In this document: positions 51,956 through 62,355 of the stretch, piece by piece
Layout of the letters: every line of letters starts with the position of its first letter
Numbering within the stretch: position 1 is the first letter of the stretch
Assembly: GCA_964427405.1 (NCBI GenBank)
Contig: CAYRUB010000003.1
Coordinates: 946 to 64,945, forward strand
DNA from: an uncultured Planctomycetales bacterium
GTDB lineage: Bacteria; Omnitrophota; Gorgyraeia; Gygaellales; Profunditerraquicolaceae
Reading direction: 5' to 3'
DNA length: 64,000 nucleotides
Notes under the pieces: model-generated
What the model was told of the DNA's origin: nothing
The model's input: the letters and a program-made list of their open reading frames with translations, nothing else
The model's database searches: none
Program-made: the position numbers and the translations under genes

Positions 51956-52105
51956 TTATTTAATTTCCTTATGCGGGGTATGTTTATGACAGGAATTGCA
52001 GAACTTACTAAGCTCAAGCCTATCCTGATGCAACTTTTTATTCTTGCTCGTCGTATAATTTCGATTTTTGCAAACCGTACATTCTAAAGTTATAGTTTCA
52101 CGCAT
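51956..52105 (-). CDS. rpmG: 50S ribosomal protein L33 (zinc-ribbon type; not in ORF track)
   Basis: 49 aa [49 protein letters not shown], matching Cys4-type L33 (Bacillus-like). Confidence 0.9.
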   Translation of the reverse strand: MRETITLECTVCKNRNYTTSKNKKLHQDRLELSKFCNSCHKHTPHKEIK

Positions 52106-52117
52106 ATTTTTTTAGTA

Positions 52118-52190
52118 AGCTGGAGACGAGAATCGGACTCGTGACCCCGTCCTTACCAAGGACGTGCTCTACCAACTGAGCTACTCCAGC
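52118..52190 (-). tRNA. tRNA-Thr (anticodon GGU)
   Basis: Minus strand GCUGGAGUAGCUCAGUUGGUAGAGCACGUCCUUGGUAAGGACGGGGUCACGAGUCCGAUUCUCGUCUCCAGCU: canonical acceptor, D (AGUUGGUA), anticodon loop UUGGUAA and T (GGUCACGAGUCCGAUUC) arms. Confidence 0.9.
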
Positions 52191-52352
52191 AAAAATGGAT
52201 TCGCTCCGTCGAATAAGCTTTTAAACAAAAAAAAACCACAGACCAAGAAATTATTCAATTATCTCTTTTAAAATTAAAATATTACCGAACTAAAGTGATT
52301 TTATAATAGATATTTACGTAAAAAAAGAGTTTATACTAAGATAACAGGTTTG

Positions 52353-53195
52353 TCAAGACCTTTTTTGACTTTTTTTAGGCGCCTCTAAGTTCTTAGCAGA
52401 ATCTATTGCATTGCTCAAGCGGGCGAATTTATCCAGTGTAAGATCCTCCGGCCGGACATTTCTATCAAGTCCTTCTCCATCAAGAAACGTCTCAAGCGAA
52501 CCTAAAGTTATAAAGCCTGCCAAACTGTTTCTTAAGGTCTTCCTTCTTTGATTAAAAGCGCTGCGTATTAATTTGAAAAATAATTCCTCATCCCTAAGTT
52601 CAACAGGAGGCTTCTGCCTAAACTTCAAACTTAAGAAACAAGAGTCTACTTTTGGGCTAGGCCTAAAACTTCCTTTTTTAATATTAAAAATAATTTTGCT
52701 TTGAGCATAATATTGCACAAAACAGCTGAAAGACCCGTATTCTTTTGAGCCGGCAGTTGCGTTAATCCTGCGTCCAAATTCTTTTTGCACAGTGATAAAG
52801 ACTGTATCTATATTAGCGCGGTATTGAATAAGATGTTCGATAATCGGGCTAGAGATATAATAAGGTATATTGCCAACCACCTTTATTTTTTGCTTCACTA
52901 GATTATTTTGCAGGAATTTGTTAATATCAAATTCCAATATGCCCTCTTTTACTAGTTGACAATTTATATGGGCGCTTAATTTTTGCTCAAGGAACGGAAA
53001 GAGCCGCCGGTCAACTTCTAAAGCATAAACTCTCTTTGCAGCGGTTACTAGCTGCTCTGTCAAATCACCCATCCCAGCGCCAATCTCTAAAACAATGTCT
53101 TCTTTAGATAAATCGCAGGCAGAGGTTATTTTTTTCTGGATATTCTTATCAATAAGAAAATTCTGGCCTAGGCTTTTTTTCGGTTTAACGTACAT
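52353..53195 (-). CDS. rsmA: 16S rRNA (adenine1518/1519-N6)-dimethyltransferase
   Basis: 280 aa; SAM motif VLEIGAGMGDLT and KsgA/Dim1 architecture. Confidence 0.9.
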   Translation of the reverse strand: MYVKPKKSLGQNFLIDKNIQKKITSACDLSKEDIVLEIGAGMGDLTEQLVTAAKRVYALEVDRRLFPFLEQKLSAHINCQLVKEGILEFDINKFLQNNLVKQKIKVVGNIPYYISSPIIEHLIQYRANIDTVFITVQKEFGRRINATAGSKEYGSFSCFVQYYAQSKIIFNIKKGSFRPSPKVDSCFLSLKFRQKPPVELRDEELFFKLIRSAFNQRRKTLRNSLAGFITLGSLETFLDGEGLDRNVRPEDLTLDKFARLSNAIDSAKNLEAPKKSQKRS

Positions 53196-54160
53196 TTTAT
53201 AGCAAGTTTTACGGCTGCAATAAGAGAATTCGGATTAGCTAAGATGGGTTTTGCGGCCAAATCAAAAGCAGTCCCATGTAAAGGGGAAGTCCGTATAAAA
53301 GGCAGGCCAAGAGTAAAGTTTATCCCGCTATCAAAATCCGTCAATTTCAGGGGGATAAGCGCCTGATCATGATATGGCACAATTACACAATCAAAATTCC
53401 CCTTAGCCGCCCCTGATATCGCTACATCCGCAGAAAGCGGCCCCGTTATAGACGCCCCCTTACACTTCTTTCTTAAGGCCGCAATTGCCGGTTTAATTAC
53501 CCGCAACTCCTCTGTGCCGATTACTCCATTATCAGAAGCATGAGGATTAACTCCGCAAACAACAATTCTAGGTTTACGAATTAAAAATAAACACTTCAAA
53601 CCCTGGATCGTACTTAAAATGTTATTTTCTAGATTATTACGGGTAATCCTTCTGCAAACATCTTTAAGCGGTATATGCCTGGTAACTAAACTAAACCTGA
53701 ATCTGTTATTAATAAGCATCATGGTTAAATCTTTACAATTAAATTTATCCGCCAGGTACTCTGTGTGCCCGGAAAATTTTGATCCTGCCAGGTTAATCGC
53801 TTCTTTTGAAATCGGACAAGTAACTAAACAGTCAATTTTTTTATTTTTAAGCAACTCCACAGCTTTATCAAGATACTCCAAAGAGGCTTTACCGTTTGCC
53901 GCGCTTATCCTGCCAAAAATAAAATCATTTTTCTTTACGTTATTTAAATCTATTAACTCCGTAGACAAAGGCCCGATCTTTAAAGCCTTAGCTGCCTTAG
54001 CCAACACAAAACTATCGCCGATAATTGTAAAATGAGCTTTACCTTTTAACGCCTTAAGCGCCTTTAAGGCAATAGCCGGCCCAATACCGGCGGGATCTCC
54101 TATTGTAAGGCCTACTCTAATTGTCGAGGATTTTAATGTAGGATTGTTTTTTGAGCTCAT
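53168..54160 (-). CDS. pdxA: 4-hydroxythreonine-4-phosphate dehydrogenase
   Basis: 330 aa; PdxA family (GDPAGIGP, HGTAFD). Confidence 0.85.
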   Translation of the reverse strand: MSSKNNPTLKSSTIRVGLTIGDPAGIGPAIALKALKALKGKAHFTIIGDSFVLAKAAKALKIGPLSTELIDLNNVKKNDFIFGRISAANGKASLEYLDKAVELLKNKKIDCLVTCPISKEAINLAGSKFSGHTEYLADKFNCKDLTMMLINNRFRFSLVTRHIPLKDVCRRITRNNLENNILSTIQGLKCLFLIRKPRIVVCGVNPHASDNGVIGTEELRVIKPAIAALRKKCKGASITGPLSADVAISGAAKGNFDCVIVPYHDQALIPLKLTDFDSGINFTLGLPFIRTSPLHGTAFDLAAKPILANPNSLIAAVKLAIKCTLNRKKA

Positions 54161-55037
54161 CTAACCACTTCTTTAGCCCTTCCTGCAGTTTTTTATCAAA
54201 TAAATATACCTGGATCTTATCCTGGGACTGAGCCAGGTCTAACTGACGGCTCCCAAGGATATCATTTAATCTAAATATATAATATTGCCCATCGATCTTT
54301 ACCGGATCAGATACCTCAGATATACCCAACTTAAATACTGTCCCTTCGATTTCATTACGCAAATCTTGCCCCTGGGAAACAGAAAGACTATCAACTGTAA
54401 AAGCATACCTGGTAGCCAAATCTTCCAGTTTTTCTCCCAGGCGTAAATAGTAACTCAAAGATTTTGCAGTGCTTTCATCCTGCAAAACAATAACCGTCAA
54501 AAGCCGTTCCTCCGGTTTTAAGAACTTGCGCTTATTCTGATTATAAAAATCAGTAACCTCCTCAGGCCGGATCACTACCTTGCTGCGCACCTTCTGCTCA
54601 ACAACACTATACGTAAGCATCTGTTCGCGAATCTTATTTTCTAGATCCGCCTGCACCAGCCCCTGCTTAGCAAGATCACGCTCAAAATCAGATTCTAGCG
54701 CATAACGCTTCTTGATTTCATTAATTTTTGCTTTTATCCTGGCTGGCTCAATAGTTATCTTCTCGTTTTTTGCCTGCTGGAGTATAATCCTGTCCTCGAT
54801 CAAGCGCTGCAACAGATCCTGCTTAGCGGAATTTATCTTTTCCTCCAGGGCCTTTCCGTTTAACTCCCGAGAATACTGCATACGTATAAAATTTAAAAAA
54901 TCATTAAGATCCTTTTGCGTGATAATTTCATTATTTACCACTGCGGCCACCTTATCCTGCGCGTAAAGATAATAAAACGGGCAAAGAAATAAGAATATCA
55001 GCGCAACAGAACTAATTATGCGTCTCATTGAAAACAC
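54117..55037 (-). CDS. SurA-like periplasmic chaperone (SurA N-terminal domain; parvulin domain weak or degenerate)
   Basis: 306 aa; signal peptide; SurA_N-like helical region (VVNNEIITQKDL...); conserved surA-pdxA-ksgA order as in E. coli. Confidence 0.65.
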   Translation of the reverse strand: MFSMRRIISSVALIFLFLCPFYYLYAQDKVAAVVNNEIITQKDLNDFLNFIRMQYSRELNGKALEEKINSAKQDLLQRLIEDRIILQQAKNEKITIEPARIKAKINEIKKRYALESDFERDLAKQGLVQADLENKIREQMLTYSVVEQKVRSKVVIRPEEVTDFYNQNKRKFLKPEERLLTVIVLQDESTAKSLSYYLRLGEKLEDLATRYAFTVDSLSVSQGQDLRNEIEGTVFKLGISEVSDPVKIDGQYYIFRLNDILGSRQLDLAQSQDKIQVYLFDKKLQEGLKKWLDELKKQSYIKILDN

Positions 55038-56916
55038 CTGCTTTCTTAAAATTGACGATTGCTTCTTTTAATAAACGGCAATAGAGGTCAAACCCCACAG
55101 CTACAATAAAACCATGCTGCTCCTGGCCAAGGAGATTTCCCGCGCCCCGGATCTCAAGATCCTCCATGGCGATATTAAAACCAGAACCCAAATCACTATT
55201 GCTCTCTATTGCCTGGAGCCTTTTTCTTGCAACCGCGTCTATTAGTTCATTGCGGCCAATCATAAAATAAGCGTATGCCGAGCGGTTAAACCTGCCCACC
55301 CTTCCACGCAGCTGATGCAAATCCGCCAGCCCGAAACAATGCGCATTATTTATGATAATAGTATTGGCATTCGGGATATCAATCCCGGATTCAATAATCA
55401 TTGTAGAAACTAAAACATCGATATTGCCATTTATAAAATCCGACATCACCTGCTCTAATTGTTTCGCCGGCATCTGGCCGTGGGCTATCGATATACGCAC
55501 ATTACCACCCAGGCTTCTGGCAACTTTATCCCTGACTTTTTCCAAATCAAGGATGCGGTTATGTAAAAAGAACACCTGCCCCCGACGATCAAGCTCATGC
55601 TTAATTGCCTGGGCGATCAGATCTGTGTCATATTCTACCACAACCGTCTTAATAGGCAACCTATTTTGAGGCGGGGTGTTGATTACGGAGAAGTCTTTTG
55701 CGCCCATAAGACTCATATACAAAGTACGCGGTATTGGTGTTGCGGTTAAAACCAGAACATCTATGGAAGTTTTGATTTTCTTTAGTTGTTCCTTAGCCTT
55801 AACACCAAAACGCTGCTCTTCATCAACGATAACTAAACCTAAATTTTTAAAACTCACATCAGGCGAAAGCAGCCTGTGCGTACCGATAACGATATCCACG
55901 CTACCGCCAGCTAAGCCCTTAATAATCTCATTTTGCTCTGCGGTAGTCTTAAAACGGGAAAGCATCTCCACCTTAACCGGAAAATTTTTCAGACGCTGAA
56001 TAAAATTCTTATAATGTTGTTCAGCTAAAATAGTAGTGGGCACAAGATAGGCAACCTGTTTATTATCCATTACTGCCTTAAAAGCCGCGCGCATGGCCAC
56101 CTCAGTCTTACCATATCCCACATCTCCACAAAGCAGCCTATCCATAGGCTTAAGCGACTCCATATCCTGTTTAACCTCGGCCATTGCCTTGACCTGATCA
56201 GGGGTCTCCTGATACGGGAATGTTTTTTCAAAATCAGCCTGCCAATCCGTATCCTTGGAAAATTTAAATCCTTCACCCGCTATGCGAATTGCCTGTAAAC
56301 TTAACAATTCCCAGGCTAATTTTGCGATACCCTTACGCGTACGCTCCTTAACCCTCTGCCATTCCTTATTCCCCAGCCGGTAAAGCTTTGGTTTACGGGT
56401 TTGAAAAGCAATATACTTCTGCACCAAATGCATAGAATCAATGGGGACAAAAAGTTTTTCATTACGATCATATTCAATCACCAGATGATCTTTAGAAACC
56501 CCTTTGACTTGAACCTTCTGCATGCCTAAAAACCTTCCAATGCCATGCTGATTATGCACAACAAAATCACCAACATTCAAATCTACAAAATTCTTTAAAG
56601 GAAACTCTTCACTAAATACCGCGCTCCTGGTACTTGCAGATTTATGCGGAAGGATAATTACGATATTATGCTCCCAAAGCGCTTCACCGCTTTCAGGATT
56701 AAAGGTTTTAATAGAAACTATATTCTGATTATCCAGTTCAATCCGGACGGGTAATTCAAAAGAAACGGGGAATATATCAATGATGCCGCCGCGGCGGCTA
56801 AAATCACCTTCACCGGAAACCTGCTCAAACCTTTTATAATCAAAATCAACTAAGGCTTTAGTCAAGTATTCCAAATCAATATTCTGATTAAGATATAGTT
56901 TAAGGGATTTAAACAT
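55012..56916 (-). CDS. mfd: Transcription-repair coupling factor Mfd, short form (RNAP-interaction domain plus SF2 translocase only)
   Basis: 634 aa; CarD/TRCF RID (VGDFVVHNQHGIGRFLGMQ), helicase motifs (GDVGYGKTEVAMRAAF, VIVDEEQRFG, LTATPIPRTL, QLRGRVGR), TRG motif region; lacks N-terminal UvrB-homology D1-D2 and C-terminal D7. Confidence 0.8.
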   Translation of the reverse strand: MFKSLKLYLNQNIDLEYLTKALVDFDYKRFEQVSGEGDFSRRGGIIDIFPVSFELPVRIELDNQNIVSIKTFNPESGEALWEHNIVIILPHKSASTRSAVFSEEFPLKNFVDLNVGDFVVHNQHGIGRFLGMQKVQVKGVSKDHLVIEYDRNEKLFVPIDSMHLVQKYIAFQTRKPKLYRLGNKEWQRVKERTRKGIAKLAWELLSLQAIRIAGEGFKFSKDTDWQADFEKTFPYQETPDQVKAMAEVKQDMESLKPMDRLLCGDVGYGKTEVAMRAAFKAVMDNKQVAYLVPTTILAEQHYKNFIQRLKNFPVKVEMLSRFKTTAEQNEIIKGLAGGSVDIVIGTHRLLSPDVSFKNLGLVIVDEEQRFGVKAKEQLKKIKTSIDVLVLTATPIPRTLYMSLMGAKDFSVINTPPQNRLPIKTVVVEYDTDLIAQAIKHELDRRGQVFFLHNRILDLEKVRDKVARSLGGNVRISIAHGQMPAKQLEQVMSDFINGNIDVLVSTMIIESGIDIPNANTIIINNAHCFGLADLHQLRGRVGRFNRSAYAYFMIGRNELIDAVARKRLQAIESNSDLGSGFNIAMEDLEIRGAGNLLGQEQHGFIVAVGFDLYCRLLKEAIVNFKKAGVFNETHN

Positions 56917-56928
56917 AATTTTAAAAAT

Positions 56929-56972
56929 CAGGGGACGGTTCTATTTTCTAAATCAAAAATAGAACCGTCCCC
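56929..56972 (-). terminator. Intrinsic terminator downstream of secDF
   Basis: Perfect inverted repeat GGGGACGGUUCUAUUUUU-GAUUUAG-AAAAUAGAACCGUCCCC followed on the minus RNA by UGAUUUUUAAAAUU running into the mfd AUG. Confidence 0.7.
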
Positions 56973-57001
56973 AAATATTCCTCCACTTCCTATATCTTCG
57001 C

Positions 57002-59203
57002 CTATTTCGCTCCCTTGCGGCTCCAGGCAAGCACTAGAGGAGAAGCGATAAAAACTGTAGAATACGCTCCGGCGATAAATCCCACAAATAAAGCAAAAGC
57101 AAAATTACTGAGAACTTCACCGCCGTAAAACAAAAACGCGATTACTACCAAAAGCGTCACCCCGGAAGTAAGCAGGGTCCGGCCAAGGGTCTGATTCACG
57201 CTTAGATTAATCAGATCCCTTAAAGAAAGCTTACGGTAAAGACGGGTATTTTCGCGCACCCGGTCATATATAACAATGGTATCGTTAATAGAATAACCTG
57301 CGATAGTCAGAAAAGCAGTAATACTTAAAAGATCTATCTGGCGGTTAGTCATTACCAGAAACCCCATAGCCACCAGGACGTCATGCAAAAGCGCGATTAC
57401 GCCCGCTACGGCAAAGTTAATATGCTTAAACCTGAAACTTACATAAATCAAAATACCCACTAAAGACCAGAACAATGCAAGAATAGCCTTATGCTTAAGA
57501 TTCTTTCCAGCAATCGGCCCCACACGTTCAATCTTTAAAATTTGGATATCCTCATCAGGAAAAACCTCTTTTAATTTATTGGTCAAAATCTGATTTTTAT
57601 CTTCAGAGGTCCTGATTAAAACCACCTTTGGATTATCCTTAAACTGCTGAATAGTAGCATCCGCTAAATTTATATCTTTAAGTACCTCTCTGACCTTATC
57701 TATGGATGGAACATTCTTAAAACTGTACTCTTGGAGCTGGCCTCCGGCAAAATCAATACCATATACCGCTGGCCCTTTCTTAATATATGAAAAAATTCCT
57801 ACCGTAATTAAGATAATAGACAAGGCATAAAATATCTTTCTTTTACTGATAAAATCAAGCTTAGTTTCTCCGATCAACTGCAACATCGGTAAACCCTTAA
57901 TCCATCCTAAATTAAGCAAGATCTCAAATATTACCCTGGTAACCACAATAGCTGTAAACATACTTGCCAATAAACCAATGGTTAAGGTAACCGCGAAACC
58001 GCGGATCGGACCAGTGCCAAATTGAAACAACATAAATGCCGCAATTAAGGTAGTAAGGTTAGAATCAAATATAGCACTGAAGGCGCGCGAATAACCATTA
58101 CCTATGGCAGTTCGCAGGTTCCTGCCCAACGCCAACTCTTCCCTGATACGCTCATTAATCAAAACGTTGGCATCTACTGCCATACCTAAAGATAAGGCGA
58201 TACCAGCAATGCCGGGCAAGGTCAAAGTTGCCGAAACCCCCGGGAATAACACTGGCAGTAAACCTAAGCCTCCGAGAATCATTATAAGGTTCAAGAAAAG
58301 TGCGATATCACTTATAAATCCGGCAAGAAGATAATAACCTAACATGAAAATAAAAACCAACGCGCATCCAACTAAGCAGGCCTTAACTCCTTTATTAATA
58401 GAATCCTGGCCCAGCAATGGTCCAACTGTCCTTTCCTCTTCAATATGCATAGGAGCAGGCAAAGCGCCTACTCTTAAAATCAACGCCAAATCTTGCGCTG
58501 CCTGCGCATCAAACCTGCCGGTAATTACTGCCTCACCCGAGGGAATAGCCTCTCTTATCCGGGGAGCTGACTGTACCTTGCCGTCCAGAACTATTGCCAG
58601 GCTCCTACCCACATTAGCCGCGGTTACTTCCGCAAACTTTTTTGTGCCTACGGCATTAAACTTCAAAGAAACAATCGGTTCATTAAACTGGCTCTGATCA
58701 AAACGCACTTCCGCGTTTGTCAGTGTATCACCTACCAATGCCGCCTTTTTCTCAAGCAAAAGCGGCATATTCTCATCTAAAGTATATTTTAATTCATACC
58801 CATCAGGAATAGTCCCTGCTAAAGCATCCCTAAGCTTAGCCGGATCATCGGAAACAATCTTGAACTCAAGCATCGCGGTCTTACCGATGATATCAATGGC
58901 GCGCTCGCGGTCAGTGACCCCGGGTAACTGCACAACAATCTCATCCTCGCCCTGTTTTTGAATGGAAGTTTCCCTGACCCCAAACTCATCTATGCGGTTG
59001 CGAATTACCTCTACTGCCCGGTCACAGGCATCAAGTTTGGCCTGGCCTTCAAGATGGCTGGTATCAACCTTAAGCAAAAGGTGCATCCCGCCTTGTAAAT
59101 CAAGCCCCAGATTAATACGTTTATCCAAAGGAAAGGCGTAATAGGAAAACAAACCTACAACTCCAAGGATAAGCAATATTCTATAGATCAGTTTTCTTTC
59201 CAT
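57002..59203 (-). CDS. secDF: Fused protein-export membrane protein SecDF
   Basis: 733 aa; SecD periplasmic domain plus two 6-TM SecD/SecF modules in one polypeptide. Confidence 0.9.
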   Translation of the reverse strand: MERKLIYRILLILGVVGLFSYYAFPLDKRINLGLDLQGGMHLLLKVDTSHLEGQAKLDACDRAVEVIRNRIDEFGVRETSIQKQGEDEIVVQLPGVTDRERAIDIIGKTAMLEFKIVSDDPAKLRDALAGTIPDGYELKYTLDENMPLLLEKKAALVGDTLTNAEVRFDQSQFNEPIVSLKFNAVGTKKFAEVTAANVGRSLAIVLDGKVQSAPRIREAIPSGEAVITGRFDAQAAQDLALILRVGALPAPMHIEEERTVGPLLGQDSINKGVKACLVGCALVFIFMLGYYLLAGFISDIALFLNLIMILGGLGLLPVLFPGVSATLTLPGIAGIALSLGMAVDANVLINERIREELALGRNLRTAIGNGYSRAFSAIFDSNLTTLIAAFMLFQFGTGPIRGFAVTLTIGLLASMFTAIVVTRVIFEILLNLGWIKGLPMLQLIGETKLDFISKRKIFYALSIILITVGIFSYIKKGPAVYGIDFAGGQLQEYSFKNVPSIDKVREVLKDINLADATIQQFKDNPKVVLIRTSEDKNQILTNKLKEVFPDEDIQILKIERVGPIAGKNLKHKAILALFWSLVGILIYVSFRFKHINFAVAGVIALLHDVLVAMGFLVMTNRQIDLLSITAFLTIAGYSINDTIVIYDRVRENTRLYRKLSLRDLINLSVNQTLGRTLLTSGVTLLVVIAFLFYGGEVLSNFAFALFVGFIAGAYSTVFIASPLVLAWSRKGAK

Positions 59204-59231
59204 GACTTTAGAACTCCTGTTTTAAATATGC

Positions 59232-59510
59232 TTAAGGTTTTTTAATATAAGCAACGCTGTTTTTTTCAATCTCCATTTTTACGTTATCATCAATGCGCAA
59301 AGTTAAAGTCTTATCTTTCACGTTAACGATTGTGCCATGTATCCCGCCTAAAGTAACAACCTCATCATTTTTATTGATCCCCGCGAGCATTTTTTGATGC
59401 TCTTTTTCTTTTTGTTTTTGCGGTCGGATAAGCAAAAAGTAGAAGATAACAAAAATCAAAACTAACGGGAAAAGCTGAATTAACGGACTTGCTGCACTCG
59501 ACTGTGGCAT
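59232..59510 (-). CDS. yajC: Preprotein translocase subunit YajC
   Basis: 92 aa; single N-terminal TM, YajC family. Confidence 0.8.
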   Translation of the reverse strand: MPQSSAASPLIQLFPLVLIFVIFYFLLIRPQKQKEKEHQKMLAGINKNDEVVTLGGIHGTIVNVKDKTLTLRIDDNVKMEIEKNSVAYIKKP

Positions 59511-59511
59511 A

Positions 59512-59754
59512 TTAGGCTCCTTTATCTTTCTTCAATAAACTTTTTACGGTCACTGACAACTGCGCGCCGTTTTTTACCCAGGCGGCAATACGCTCTTTCT
59601 TGAGCACTGCCACACCGGTTGTCGGCTTATAATAACCCAACTCCTCAATTATCCGGCTATCCCGGCCTTTACGCTCATCAAAAACTGTAACCCGAAAATG
59701 CGGTTTGCCTTTAGGGTTTTTACCAATCCTTCTTAAACGAATATGAACTGCCAT
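59512..59754 (-). CDS. rpsP: 30S ribosomal protein S16
   Basis: 80 aa; MAVHIRLRRIGKNPKGKPHFRV. Confidence 0.95.
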   Translation of the reverse strand: MAVHIRLRRIGKNPKGKPHFRVTVFDERKGRDSRIIEELGYYKPTTGVAVLKKERIAAWVKNGAQLSVTVKSLLKKDKGA

Positions 59755-59768
59755 TTGTTACTCCTTTC

Positions 59769-61247
59769 TTATACTCCGATTGCTTCCATCATAGCCTTAG
59801 CTTTATTCACTGATTCCTGATATTCTTTCTGCGGAACAGAGTCAGCGACAATCCCTCCTCCGGCCTGCACATAAGCAAAACCATCCTTAAGTACGATTGT
59901 ACGGATGGCAATGCAAGTATCTAAATTATGCGAAAAACTAAAATAACCGATTGAACCGGCGTATAAAGCACGCCTCAAATTCTCCAGCCCATCAATAATC
60001 TCCATCGCCCGAATCTTGGGACTGCCGGAAACTGTGCCTGCCGGAAAAGCGGCTTTTAACACATCATAGATATCAAACCTTTTTTTGTCAAGTACCGCGC
60101 TGACTCCACTAACCAGATGCATTACGTGAGAATATTTTTCCACACGCATGAAATCATCGACCTTTACCTTGCCCGGTTTGCTTATACGGCCTAAATCATT
60201 CCTACCCAAATCTACCAGCATTAAATGCTCCGCCTTTTCCTTTTCATCAGCCAGAAGCTCTTTTTCTAAGCGCGTATCTTCCTGGATATTCCTGCCGCGC
60301 CTGCGCGTTCCGGCAATAGGACGGGTCTGCACCAAGCCATTCTCACAACGCACAAGCATTTCAGGGCTTGAGCCGACAATAGAAAAATCCTTCAACTTCA
60401 AATAATACATATAAGGAGAAGGGTTAAGGTTGCGCAGAGCACGGTAAACTTCAAAAGGGTCTCTTTGCGTCTTAACCTTAAATCTCTGCGATAAAACTAC
60501 CTGGATAATATCGCCTTTCTTAATATATTCTTTACCCTTCTTTACCATATCAATAAATTCTGATCTTTTAAGATTGCTGCTTACAAGTAGCTTGCCAGGG
60601 CACTTTACTGGCTTAGCCTGAATAACAAAACGGTTAAAATCATCATGAATAAAATTTATTTTTTTAATTGCCTGCTGATAAAGCTCTCTTTTCTTTAAAA
60701 CCCCCGCTTTCTTCGGCAAGATAACATTACTCACAATTTTTAAAGAATGATTAAGCCGGTCAAAAATTAAAATTGTATCCGTTAAAATAAAAAGCGTATC
60801 CGGAATCTTCAGGGTATCTTTATTTTTGTCCGGGATTTTCTCAAAGAACCTCACCGTATCATATCCCATATAACCTACAAGGCCGCCGTAAAAAAGCGGT
60901 AAACCAGCCAGCTCTACGCTGCGAAAATCCCGCATTATCTTCTTAATCTCATCAAGAGGGGTTTCTTTAGTAATAAAACTCCTGCTTTTCTTACTTGCGA
61001 CATCAATAATCTCAATCTTCTTACCCTTGCTTTTAAAAATCAGGCTGGGATTAGTCCCTAAAAAGGAATACCGCGCGATCTTCTCCTGACCTTCGACTGA
61101 TTCCAGGAGAAAAGAATAATCACCTTGTTTAATTTTCAAAAAAGCGGAAACCGGAGTATCCAGGTCTGCGTTGACCTCCATATAAACCGGGATCACATTA
61201 CCCTTTTTACTTAATTTTAAAAATTCTTTTAAATCTGGTTTATACAT
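59769..61247 (-). CDS. Chorismate-utilising enzyme, anthranilate synthase component I / aminodeoxychorismate synthase family
   Basis: About 490 aa; SPEMLVRCENG, PIAGTRRRG, GGGIVADS motifs of the TrpE/PabB family; start set at MYKPDL after the hisI stop; no trpG/pabA partner adjacent. Confidence 0.75.
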   Translation of the reverse strand: MYKPDLKEFLKLSKKGNVIPVYMEVNADLDTPVSAFLKIKQGDYSFLLESVEGQEKIARYSFLGTNPSLIFKSKGKKIEIIDVASKKSRSFITKETPLDEIKKIMRDFRSVELAGLPLFYGGLVGYMGYDTVRFFEKIPDKNKDTLKIPDTLFILTDTILIFDRLNHSLKIVSNVILPKKAGVLKKRELYQQAIKKINFIHDDFNRFVIQAKPVKCPGKLLVSSNLKRSEFIDMVKKGKEYIKKGDIIQVVLSQRFKVKTQRDPFEVYRALRNLNPSPYMYYLKLKDFSIVGSSPEMLVRCENGLVQTRPIAGTRRRGRNIQEDTRLEKELLADEKEKAEHLMLVDLGRNDLGRISKPGKVKVDDFMRVEKYSHVMHLVSGVSAVLDKKRFDIYDVLKAAFPAGTVSGSPKIRAMEIIDGLENLRRALYAGSIGYFSFSHNLDTCIAIRTIVLKDGFAYVQAGGGIVADSVPQKEYQESVNKAKAMMEAIGV

Positions 61248-61252
61248 GAATA

Positions 61253-61585
61253 CTACTTTAATCTCCTGTAAAAACATGACCTATTGCCCGTATGACACGC
61301 CTTACCCACCTGGCGTACCTTGATTAAAAGCGCGTCCATATCGCAATCATAAGCGATAGACTTAACAAATTGAAAATGCCCGCTGGTTAAACCTTTAACC
61401 CAATACTCTTTTCTTGAGCGCGACCAAAAACAAGTCTTACCTAATTTTAAAGTTCTGCGCAGCGACTCCCGGTTCATATAACCCACCATCAAAACCTGGC
61501 TATTCTTATAATCCTGGATTATCGCCGGTATCAATCCATTCCCATCAAACTTTAAACTCCCTAATTTAAATTTTATATTTTTCAT
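61253..61585 (-). CDS. hisI: Phosphoribosyl-AMP cyclohydrolase
   Basis: 110 aa; HisI fold with Cys-rich metal site ([10 protein letters not shown]). Confidence 0.85.
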   Translation of the reverse strand: MKNIKFKLGSLKFDGNGLIPAIIQDYKNSQVLMVGYMNRESLRRTLKLGKTCFWSRSRKEYWVKGLTSGHFQFVKSIAYDCDMDALLIKVRQVGKACHTGNRSCFYRRLK

Positions 61586-62337
61586 AATCTTACATTTATC
61601 CCTCTTTTATTTAAATACTCCTTTACCTGTTTTACGGATAACTTGCCATAATGAAAAAGCGAGGCGGCCAAAGCAGCATCCGCCCCAGCTTGCGTAAAAA
61701 CATTGTAGAAATCATCTAATTTTCCCGCGCCGCCGGAAGCAATCACCGGAATATTTACCTTATCAGTAATTGCCTTAGTCAGCTTCAGGTCATAACCGTT
61801 TTTGGTTCCATCACAATCCATGCTGGTCAAAAGGATCTCGCCTGCCCCAAGCCTGGCAGCTTTCTCCGCCCAAATCAAAGCATCAATACCAGTAGGAGTC
61901 CTGCCACCGTTAATAAACACCTCCCAGAAATCCTCCTGTTTTTTTGCGTCAATAGCTACCACAATACACTGACTGCCGAATCTTTTCGCGGCGCTGCTGA
62001 TTAACTCAGGAAATTTCACTGCCTGGGTATTAAGAGAAACCTTTTCCGCTCCGGCATTTAGAATATTACGAATATCATCAATCTCACTTATCCCCCCGCC
62101 AACCGTAAACGGCATAAAGATATTGCGGGCGATCTTTTCAACCAGAGCCAGCAGAATTTTTCTATTCTCAATGCTGGCAGTAATATCTAAAAAAATCAGT
62201 TCATCCGCGCCCTGGGCATCATATGCCTTAGCCACGCTAACCGGATCCCCGGCATCGCGCAACCCAAGGAACTTTACGCCCTTAACTACGCGGCCGGCCT
62301 TAATATCCAAACAGGGAATAATGCGTTTGCTGAGCAT
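61582..62337 (-). CDS. hisF: Imidazole glycerol phosphate synthase, cyclase subunit
   Basis: 251 aa; (beta/alpha)8 HisF family (IPCLDIK...). Confidence 0.9.
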   Translation of the reverse strand: MLSKRIIPCLDIKAGRVVKGVKFLGLRDAGDPVSVAKAYDAQGADELIFLDITASIENRKILLALVEKIARNIFMPFTVGGGISEIDDIRNILNAGAEKVSLNTQAVKFPELISSAAKRFGSQCIVVAIDAKKQEDFWEVFINGGRTPTGIDALIWAEKAARLGAGEILLTSMDCDGTKNGYDLKLTKAITDKVNIPVIASGGAGKLDDFYNVFTQAGADAALAASLFHYGKLSVKQVKEYLNKRGINVRL

Positions 62338-62355
62338 TTATTACAATAACCTCGC

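Noticed and set aside
52191-52352. Possible small RNA in the 160-nt tRNA-Thr upstream region
   Set aside because: Contains only a plausible TTGACA/TATAAA promoter and A/T-rich leader; no conserved structure recognisable.
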